A DNA stretch of 63,037 nucleotides, the filler included, from Hyphochytrium catenoides (taxonomy: Eukaryota; Protista; Hyphochytriomycota): NCBI GenBank assembly GCA_900088475.1. It is 8 parts of 8 records of this genome, joined end to end, with 100 filler letters (N's around TTAATTAATTAA, not from the genome) between each part and the next. Parts side by side here need not be neighbours in the genome. Positions count along the whole stretch, not along the records: positions 1 to 13,810 come from FLMG01002880.1; 7 more parts are not named here. One strand, given 5' to 3'. The first letter of the stretch is position 1; each line of letters opens with the position of its first letter. This document shows, piece by piece, positions 1-9,280 of this stretch. Made by a program: the position numbers and the translations under genes. The notes below the pieces were generated by a model. It saw nothing but the letters and a program-made list of their open reading frames with translations. It did not search any database and was not told the DNA's origin.

Positions 1-392
1 CTACTACTGTTTATAAAAAAAAGAGGAAGAGAGATATGAAATATGCACTACTCAAACGAAGAGAAACAAGAGAGACAAGTAGTAGGCCAGAAGACAGGGA
101 GGAGGAGAAAAAAGGAAAGCAGCATGAGGGAGCTCACTCGGCCACTAAGGGCTAATAAGGGCTTTATTAAAAAATCTAGAAATTAGTAAGGAGTGAAAAG
201 ATCGACTACTGTTTTGTTTGTGGAGAAGATGAAGAGATGCAATATTACGAAGCTACAAAAGAGAATAATGGAGAAGAAGAAAGAGCTAAAATATGGCAAA
301 GAGAAGAGAAGAGCAGAGAAGCTAGGACGACCGATCTCACCCGGCCCCCACCACCACCACGGCCGGGCATCAGTGACCGAAGGACGCACCAC

Positions 393-444
393 CGAGGAGG
401 CGGCGGGGAGATCGTCTTGCTCCCCAATAATGCGAGAGAGGAAG
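393..444 (+). repeat. Left arm of ~55-bp inverted repeat (partner 4430-4485)
   Basis: cgaggaggcggcggggagatcgtcttgctccccaataatgcgagagaggaag matches the reverse complement of 4430-4485 with 2 mismatches and one 4-nt indel. Confidence 0.9.
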
Positions 445-599
445 AAGTCTTTCTTGTTGATCCTGCTCACGACGGCCAGCAGCCAAGAGGGCGTTGTCAG
501 GAGCAGGAGGAGCAGCGGCTGGCAGGAGCAAGGGAAGAAGAAGAAGCAGGAAAGAGTGCAGAAGAAGAGAGGGGAGTGGAATCATGATGGAAGGCGGCA

Positions 600-3500
600 A
601 GGAAGGGCGCAGAAGGTGGCAATCTCGAAACAATCATGCGGGTGGCCTCCTAATGTAAAGCCAAAGACACCTGTCTCAAAAAGCGGCGATGGCGAAAGAA
701 GTGCACATCGCGCTCAAGAGCAACGGTCCGATCAGCCTGAGCAGCACAAATAGTATTGACAAAGGCTGCAACAGTTGGTGGCAGAGCCCCCACCAAAGGA
801 CTCCCAAACTAGAGGGAGGAAGTCGATCTGGTGGGCGTTGCAAGGAGCTAGGTACTTTTGGCGCCTACGGTCCTCAACCGCCGCCATCTGATATCCCGAC
901 TGTTCCGCTGCATAACGAAGGGTATTATGTTGCAGCGGGTGTGTGACCGAGATATCAAAGGCTGTGACTGGGAACCGGTTGCCATACCCAGGGATAGCTA
1001 GGTCAGCAGGGCGGGAGAAAGGAGAGCAAGAGAGCAAGTAGTGGAGGGGCTCCCGAGAGCAGCGGTATCCGGCGTCCGATACTGGAGAGCGCAATAGAGA
1101 GAGAACCCGGTTATGGCGACGGGAGGCACCGCCACCTGTTGTGCGACAGACCATCGCATGGTCGCCGAAGACATCCATTTCAGCTCTTCGACAGCTCCCA
1201 CATACTACAGGGGCTTGAAGAAAAGGAAGGCCAAGAAAACGTCGAATCATAGCCCGGAATAGAACAGATGATTGGGCCTTATGCAGCAGTGCCCCACAGG
1301 GTGAAGCTGCAAGAAAAGCCCCAGCGTGAGGGAGAGAAACAGAACGAAGACGAGCCCGAGAAGAAAAAGAAGGAAGAGAAAGAAGACGGAGGTGGGCGTG
1401 CTTCCAGAAGAGACGGGAGCAAAACTTATGCTGTAAGTCCTTGAAGCCCGCAAGCTGGAGGAAGCCGTGGCGTTCCTCTGACTGCTCCGGCAACCCTATG
1501 TCATCGTAGAGGGAACGAAGAGAGCACTCAACCGCCGCGGGAGGGTTAGCAAGTTGATGGGGAGGCAAACCCAAGAGTGCCGACACAAGCTCATAGGAGA
1601 GAGCAAGAGAACTCAGGTAAGCAGGACGTGAGATAACAGAAGCAAGAAGAAGACCCAGACCGCCGAGCTTGACGGGGAGAGAAGCCTGCTCCTATGCAGA
1701 ATCAGGAAAGGGAACCGAGGCATCCCAACCCAGAAGACGATCTAAAAACTGTTTAGACCTCAGGTCAAAATCAGGCGAGATGAACTTGGAAGTCCTCACC
1801 TTGATCGAGAAGAGAATCAATAGAAAGGAGGCGAGCTAAGAAAGAAGACAAGAAGGAAGAAACAAAAGCTGGGAAGCCTATAGGAGCCCCAAGAAGCACT
1901 ACTCCAGACGGAGTGACACGATTAATCGCCGGGGAAAAGTCTTCCAAAGACGAGGTTCGAGAAGGCCACCATAGCTCGCATTTAGCGAGGTTCAAAGAGA
2001 GACCAAGGGAAGCGGAGAGATCGTTAATGAGCTTAAGAGCCTTGAGAACAGAAGCATGGCGTCCTATCAAGGTGCCATCATCAAGGTACCTAGTATGCAA
2101 AAGGAGGTCAGGAGCTACCTCCCGCAATTTGATAACCAAGGGCTGCGGGGCGAGAGAGAAGAGATGTGGACCCAAAGGATGACCCTGTTGGACCCCGGAG
2201 GAGCTAGAGAGACGGAAGGGGCCATGAAAAGGGTGGGACGACTGGCTATAACAGAACCTCACCCAGGGATAGAGAGAGTGGAAGTGGAGGCGGACCTGAT
2301 CAAGGAGAAGCGATCTGCAAATACAATTGAAGGCATTGGAAAAGTCCACCTTGAGCATAACCAGATCTGGATCCTCACCATGTTCGTCCACCACTCGTCT
2401 CACCGCATGAACAACGGCTTTCCGACCCCGCCCGCACCGCCACCCCAATCTGGAGAGGAGAGAGATAATCACTAACATCAGACTTTACCTTGGCGCAGCA
2501 GCACTTGGCGGCCAACCGCCGAAAAGTTTCGCCAACAGCAATAGGCCTTACACCTCCCAGTGTCCTTCCGAAGCCCATAGAGAGGGGCACTGGCGAAGAA
2601 CGGAGCCACTTCCTGAAGAGCACGACCCGAAACCAAGAACTCAACCAAGAAGGCCAGACAAGAGAGAAAAGCCTTCTGGACCTCTGGGTAAGGACAATTA
2701 AGGAGGTCTTTCAGGTGCTGAGGACGAAGCCGAGAGGCACCACCAGCAGAATCCGCAGGAAAACTGTGAACACAAGCAGCCAGCCACCTCTATGTCAGAA
2801 ATAGAGAGCGAACAATCCGGAAGCGAGCTAGGGAGGGAAGAAGTAGGCAGAGATGAAGAAGGATGCTTCTCAAGAAGAGACTCATAGGAGGACTGAGACG
2901 GCGTCACAAGGTCGGAAGAGACTAAAGCCTGAGCTGCCTTAGAGAGAAGGCCTTGCTCCGCGTAGTAGCGCATGGCTCTACGAAGATTAGAGGGGGGTAG
3001 TCGACCAGGGCTCATGTCTTCCATACGGGGCCTGGGGTGAGCACACGCCGACTCTTGCACTGCCTCTGCCCAAAAGAGGAGCAGAATCTCCTTCATTCCA
3101 GCGAACCAGCAGACGGTCCATCAAGAGTTTACAGGTCTTCCTAGAGCGAGCATGCTTAGTGCGGCTTCCACCCCGAGCTGAGCTAGTCCAACGCAGAACA
3201 GCTTTATGGAACAGAAAGAGCAAAGACCAGGATGAGAGAGTTAACCCGAACACAAGTATCCATGAGTCTACAGAGAGAAGCGGCGCAGAGAGGACGAGCA
3301 GCAGCCGGGACGTACGTAAGAGTAGGAATCTCCGCTAAGAGGACAGAGAGAATATCCGGCAGAGAGTCCGGCGAGGGACAAGAGAGAACAGAATGAGGAG
3401 GTTGGAAAGAACGGACAAGATGGGCTCCCAGAGGTGAGTTTGGGGGGGACGGAGAAGCAGCAGAGAGGGGAGCAGGTGGTAGAGGCCCAGCTGGAGCAGG

Positions 3501-4250
3501 AGAGGCGGCAGCAGGCGCAGACGCAGAAGAAGAAGAGGGAGGTCTATCATTCACAGTCGCCGCGGAAAGAGCAGGCGCTGGAGAAGGAGAGGATAAGGCA
3601 GGAAGGGCTTGAGGAGGCGGCTGCCGGACCAGGTGAGAAGAAGCCGAGAGGGGAGCGGAGGGACAGGCAGGATGACTGGATGAAAAGCGAGGGGCAGGGC
3701 ACTTGTGAGGACGACCTCTCCTGTTGTCCTGGGTAGAAAGAATAGCGCAACAGCCCGAAGGACAGTATGCATGGCCAATAGAAGGGAGGAAAGAAGAGAT
3801 AGAGAAGACATCCTCCAGCTTGTTACGGTGCCGAGCTCCAACTAAATGCTGAAGAATAAGCGACACATAGTTGGAGGAGAGGCGCTGCTCAAAGGAAGAA
3901 GGAGCAGCGCCAGGGCCCTGCGAGCGACCTACTAACATTGAGACGGAGCGTCGCCCGAGGCAGGATCTCTGGCCGTAGCCACAGAACTCTCACGGCCATC
4001 GAGCGACTCCTCATCCATAGGCTCCAGAGCAACATTGTGGGGAGTAGAGGATGAAGTAAGGCTCCCAAGATGAGGCTTATCATTAGGCGAACTCCGCGAA
4101 CGCTTACTCTTACCGGGCCCACTGACTTCAAGAGAGCTAGCGGTGCTAGACTGCTGGTTCTTCTCCGAGTTGCTGTTGTCCTTCACTGCAAGAAAACCAG
4201 CAGGGAATTCCTTCTTCAAAAGCCTGAGCAGACGAAGAAAGTAACCATTT
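600..4250 (-). mobile_element. Decayed non-LTR retrotransposon, CRE-like (RLE-type) clade: N-terminal Zn finger, RT, CCHC knuckle, restriction-like endonuclease
   Basis: Minus-strand ORF fragments join into one broken ORF. RT motifs: RPIAVGETFRRLAAK, LSPLQIGV, KVDFSNAFN, SGVQQGHPLGPHLF, YLDDGT, GLSLNLAKCE (2644-1771). QASLPVKLGGLG follows at ~1690-1650. CCHC knuckle CGSC..DVFGDHAMVC..RRHN, then RLE motifs RPADL, AFDISVTHP, EDRRRQKY, FLPLVWESFGG (1210-785). A C2H2-like LQHLVGARH lies at ~3850. Several frameshifts and stops. Ends approximate. Confidence 0.9.
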
Positions 4251-4295
4251 TACTGGAAGAAGATTGTTGCATTTATCCAGAAATTCAGAGAGACG

Positions 4296-4375
4296 AGGTG
4301 GTGTCAGGCGTCGGACATGTCAGGCGGCACCACCTGTTTTGCACTTTGTCAACATTTGCCGCCTGACATGTCAGG
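4296..4375. repeat. Nested inverted repeats and palindrome
   Basis: Perfect 16-bp IR gacatgtcaggcggca (4314-4329) / tgccgcctgacatgtc (4357-4372); 14-bp palindrome cctgacatgtcagg (4362-4375); 8-bp IR aggtggtg (4296-4303) / caccacct (4328-4335). Confidence 0.85.
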
Positions 4376-4429
4376 TCTGGCCCAACCCAAAAGATGAAGC
4401 CCAACACCCAGAATCTCACAATAAAACTA

Positions 4430-4485
4430 CTTCCTCTCTCGCATTATTGGGGAGGAGGACGATCTCCCTCCACGCCGCCTCCTCG
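4430..4485 (-). repeat. Right arm of ~55-bp inverted repeat (partner 393-444)
   Basis: Reverse complement reads cgaggaggcggcgtggagggagatcgtcctcctccccaataatgcgagagaggaag. The ORF track shows the same peptide EIVLLPNNAREE on opposite strands at the two sites. Confidence 0.9.
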
Positions 4486-5280
4486 CCGGAACCATTGGAC
4501 GTTTTGGAGGATGTCACTCTGCGGAGAAAAGGCTGCTGCAAATGACTGGCATTTGCAGCATCACTATAGAGTGACATGCGCTCCCTACATTCATTCAGCC
4601 AGAGTTGTCTGACGAAAATCTCGTTTCGCTCCTCCTCGTTCTTCTCGGTTACAGCCCCGCCCTGTGACTCCATCCGTAAGGTAGGTTTCAGATTAATTTT
4701 TTGAGGGGCCTTCTTCATGTGGGCGACAACAAGAAGACAGATGGGCATATAACAGCAGGGCCTGCCCACTTCCGATGATGAGATTTTTACTTAGTCATGG
4801 AGTAGTAATGGTGGGAACAACAATCACGCGCCGCCAACTCACGACGAAAAGGCTAATCCCCTAGATTGTCGATGCCGCATTATTATTCACCTACTACACG
4901 ATGATGATGGTGGTGGCGGTGGTGATTTCGATGGATGGATAATATCTCAATCTTATTGGGAGACACATCAAAGGCCAGAAGATCACTGCGTAGATCAGAG
5001 ACCAAGTGTTGTGCAATGAACCAGGCTGCTGACGAGAAGATAATTATCAATAAGGCATTATAAGAGATAGTGACAACAATAATGTTGAACGAGCAAGTCT
5101 ATCATCCTCCTATTAGGCGAAGCCGGAAAGGCAGCATTTTTGCACTAAAAGCTATCAATTACCAACTTCCACAATGAGCGCTGCGCCTGAGTGGAACATG
5201 TTCCGAACATCTTGCAGGTGTAAAACAGTGCTTTCAACGGCTGGGCATGTCACGCAGAAAAAACTGGAGAGAAACAAAGA

Positions 5281-5735
5281 ATGAATGGGTGTTCAAGTGC
5301 TCTGTGTGATGAAAAGGGAGTTGGGAAGTTAGATGATGATGCGCAATGTCCTTATTATTGCGAGGCCGCCCTCTTCTTTCGCGACGAGCGAAGGAGGTCG
5401 CCTTGCTGTCTGGATGGGAAAATAACACCACCAGCTGCTGACAAGAAGATCGACCTCGGCTTCCCAGAGTATCTAGAACTACAGGCACTCTTTCTTCATC
5501 AACGGAGAAATATCATTCTTCTTCTGAGCAGAGCGTTCTTTGCTATAACCCTTGAATATCCGAAGTACAACTATTCACTGGCTTTTGCTTCAATCGTAAC
5601 GAGACAGACGCCTCTCCTGGACCGTATTCTTTTCCCATTTCTGGCCAAATCTACCACTATCTCGGCACAGCTAGGCCTATTTTTTTAATTATAAACCTGC
5701 AGTATTCGGTCAGCTATACTTCTTAGACGCAACCG
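5281..5735 (+). mobile_element. Helitron Rep/helicase N-terminal remnant (frameshifted)
   Basis: Motifs appear in Helitron RepHel order: CPYYCEAALFFRDE..SPCCLDGKITPP, KYNYSLAFASI, then in shifted frames GQIYHYLG (5643) and FGQLYFLD (5705). These resemble the Helitron consensus C..C.A..F..E..CC..GK, YN..AF.S, GQIYH.IG and FAQLY..D. Confidence 0.75.
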
Positions 5736-6791
5736 AAGCACAAACAGTAACCTACCCGGCCAGAAGGGACATCGAAGAAGGCGGGACTTTCGCGAAATAT
5801 AGATCTACTGTACACACTCCTCACGCACGTCAGACGACCAGAAGCACTGAGGTGAGGAGAAAAGCGGGTGGGACGGAATCCTTGAGCCATGGGTAGTTAT
5901 TAGTTCTATTGGGCGAAGAAAGAAGTGGCTAGAAAGAACAAAACTCTGTACCTAAAGAAACCAAGACGCTGGCCTTTCATAAAGGGTCGCAAGAGCATTC
6001 TAATGGCCTTGAAAAGCGGTCCCTTGAAAAGCCATCTACTGTATTCAACAGCAGCCGCTACTGGTGAGTTATATCCGCTAACGCTTGCCCACAAACTGCG
6101 TTATGCCGAATACCTACAAGTAACATTTCAGAATACTACAGTAGCCCGTAGCCCTTGCAACGCAACAAACATTTGAACAAGGATGGGTGGGCCTATTATC
6201 GCCCGCCAACAATATGCCTTTCGTCTCCGTAACAATCAATGTGGGCAACGACGGAAAACAGTAGTTGAGACAGTGGGTGCATGATGATGAGATGAGAAAT
6301 ACTCCGGAGTGGTACAGTAGTAGAAGAGAAGAGATTTCTCTCTCTTCTACAGGTGCTGAGAGGTGCTCGGTGAGAAAGGAGAGAAGAGAAGAGAATTGCT
6401 CTTCTTATGCAGGTGATGAGAGCTCTCCGGCGGGAGGTTAGCCCGCTGCACAGTTAGCCCTTTTCCGCTATCTTGTTGATTTTATCAAACGGACAGGGAA
6501 ACCTTTTTGTTAACGTTATTCAAACAGAAGGGCGAATCCCTAGGAAGACTTTTTCGGTTGCCGCTTTTATAAAGCATTTTCCATCCTCTGAAGAACATGG
6601 TTTATCGTTATTTATCACTTAACTTCAGAGGGCTTTATTTCACTGCACATTAGACTTCGGAAGCTGTACTCGAATGCAGTTTCTGATCAAAAGAGTCTAT
6701 TGAACGGTTTTCCAAGGATGATCTGGCTCTAACTCCGACCCCTCGGGTGGGATTGGCAGCCGTAGCTGCCCTCAAGGCTGTAGTATTCTTC

Positions 6792-7889
6792 ATGGACGGT
6801 GTAAGTTCCTTTTTAAAGATGACGAGGAGATCGTTTAGAGAGTTGTTGATCCGCCCACGCCTAAGAGGTGCTGCGATCTTGCTGTTACTGGTCATGTTGG
6901 GTGTAGTCATGGGCTGTGCCGTCTGGGTCAGCCATGTGTTGCTACCGGGAGCAACTCTATGGCAGGTCAAAGTTAACGCTGCCGGGATGACTAGATACTA
7001 TTCCCCATCAGAGCTTCAGTATACCCCTAACATACCAAGGAATATCCTCATGTCGGTGAAAGACAAGTCGCTACTTAACAAATTCGACCCTGCTAAGCCT
7101 ACGTGCCTTCAAGACTGGCAAGAAATGAACCCAGAGTACAAGATCTATGTCTTCAACGACACAGACATGGAAAGAATGGTTGTGGAGCATTTTCCAGACT
7201 ACGTGGACCTTTATAGAGCGCTGTATGACATTGTGGAGCGCGCTGATCTTTGGCGATACCTTGCAGTTTACCTTTACGGTGGCGTCTACGTGGACATCGA
7301 CACTGCCCCTATAGTCCCTATTGACGAATGGCATATACACTTTCTGCGGAATTCTCCTGCTACGCGTCACACGGCCGTTAATCCCGTCAATGCCATCGTT
7401 TCCGTGGAGTTTGATTCTTTCGGAGATCCTGGCAGTCGTGTACAATTCCAACAGTATGTCCTCTATGGTGTACGTGGACATCCTCTTCATCTCAAGGCTG
7501 CCGAGGTAGTCAAAAATAACTTCCTGAGTGAGATGAAGCAAGGACATGTCAACAAGGGTTGGGACGCCGTACAAAGAACTGGACCACAGGCTCTGACAGA
7601 GGCAGTTTACTGGTACGTGCGAGACAAGCATCTGCCAGGACGTGGCATCTCTGTCGTTGGCGATCTCGGCATCGACTACACGAAGCTGATGGAGGGTCCA
7701 CTGCTCAAACACCTTGAGCATGGCTCATGGAAGCATCCCCATCGATGGCAAAAGGCGGAGCACTTGTTTCCGGGCCGCTACAAAGACTGGAAAAGTGGTA
7801 AGATAAAGATTCCGGAGGGGTCCACACTGTTAGAAAGTAGTAGACTCACTGATCCACCAGCAGCGGAGGGAAAGGGACATACCTACTAA
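6792..7889 (+). CDS. Glycosyltransferase family 32 (DXD sugar-binding, OCH1/SUR1-like), type II membrane protein, intronless
   Basis: Single ORF with ATG at 6792 (or 6819). N-terminal TM anchor AAILLLLVMLGVVMGCAVWV, then IPRNIL, WQEMNPEY, ERADLWRYLAVYLYGGVYVDID and RTGPQALT. Confidence 0.88.
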   Translation: MDGVSSFLKMTRRSFRELLIRPRLRGAAILLLLVMLGVVMGCAVWVSHVLLPGATLWQVKVNAAGMTRYYSPSELQYTPNIPRNILMSVKDKSLLNKFDPAKPTCLQDWQEMNPEYKIYVFNDTDMERMVVEHFPDYVDLYRALYDIVERADLWRYLAVYLYGGVYVDIDTAPIVPIDEWHIHFLRNSPATRHTAVNPVNAIVSVEFDSFGDPGSRVQFQQYVLYGVRGHPLHLKAAEVVKNNFLSEMKQGHVNKGWDAVQRTGPQALTEAVYWYVRDKHLPGRGISVVGDLGIDYTKLMEGPLLKHLEHGSWKHPHRWQKAEHLFPGRYKDWKSGKIKIPEGSTLLESSRLTDPPAAEGKGHTY

Positions 7890-9280
7890 GGAAAGTCGCA
7901 ACTCAACAAAGTACTATTATATGGACGCTTTCTCATAATAATAAGTAATAATCTACTAAATGGCGAGGGGATTTAGAGGAGCGTGGATTGAAAGCTCATC
8001 ACTCACTTGCGCTGCCTTTGCACTTTCCATGCTCTCTCCTCTGAGAGTGACGACGCGAGCGATGGCTGCGGCATTCCAACCCGAGCCTTATGGGCTATAA
8101 TTGCGCTCTCCTTATCATTGTGCATGGTGCAATCCTTATGTAGATCAAGATTTCTCACGGCGAGGAGGGCATCATCCACAGCATCTTCTTGTCAAGGATA
8201 TAAAAATAGCTGCACCTATCGAGCCAAGAATTATGAAGATTTATCGTCTTTCGCAAAGAAAAGCAATCTGGAATCTGGAGCTCTTGGCCTGCCATAATCT
8301 TAGTAGAGAGGCCAGTCGCCGACAGTGACAGTCAGAGCCTTTGAAAGCCCATGAGCTTCTTGGGATGGCAAGCGGCAGTGCCCTCTGCAGTAGAAGAGAC
8401 GCTTCGCTGAGGTAAATAAAGGGGGCTATCGGCCGTATGAACGTCGCGAAGGAAGGTAGTCCTGAAATGTGAAACCTTGTTAGCGACGGTTGGTATTGTT
8501 GCTCTCATCGAAAGGTAGAGTAAACGGCGGATGATGATGTTTCCTGAGCGTAGAGAACGTCGACATGGACGCTAAACTTGGCGGGCGGTTAGTCTTTCCC
8601 TTCAGCCCATGGGAGGTGAAGACTTGTTCGTCATCGATGTAGGACCTCTGCGGCTTCCTGCAAAGTAGCGTTCGAATACTTTAGGTATGGCGAGTACTTC
8701 CGAATCTGAACATGTGACGCTGAAGCCATCTGCAAGAGTGTTTGAAGCTTTTGAGAGCAAACTCCACACGCGGTACACATTAGTCCTCGGACCCAGGAAG
8801 CCCATTGCCAAGCTTCGAACCCAATTAACCATAGCTTTGCTGCCACTTGCTAGAAACTGGATACCATCTGTCCGTTGTCAAAACCTATCTTTCAGCTATC
8901 AGACGCAAGGCCACCATAAGGTGGACGGACCTGTGACAGCCAGGCTGAGGAAAACTAAAAGTAGTTAGGGATGGTCCGCCTCGCGTGCAAACCTCTACTG
9001 CCAAAGACACTGCTAGTAACGTACAGGAGCGAGTATTCAAGAGATAAAAGGGTATGAAGACTCATCCAAGGCAATGCGTGGACGGAGTAGTAGGACGGGA
9101 CTTGTCGCGGACTTGTGTTTGCTGACTCTTATACTACTTCAAAGAACCCTTCAGCTTGGGCACACTGAGTTAGTTCTAACAACGTGAAAGTCTTTAGCAC
9201 AATTTTGACGTTATCAAATGCAGTTGTAGCGACTGTGAGACATATACACTCTGACGGGAAATGTGAACTAATCCACAAAC

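Noticed and set aside
183-946. Plus-strand ORFs (e.g. 193-753) over the retroelement 3' region
   Set aside because: Antisense, low-complexity shadows of the pyrimidine-rich minus-strand element; no recognisable domain
1-6500. tRNA, snRNA or spliced-leader gene as the CRE target
   Set aside because: No recognisable tRNA, U snRNA or 5S signature by eye. A covariance-model scan is needed to exclude divergent ones.
8000-9000. Short ORFs between GT32 and GPAT
   Set aside because: I could not build a consistent exon chain or find a family motif. A small gene cannot be excluded.
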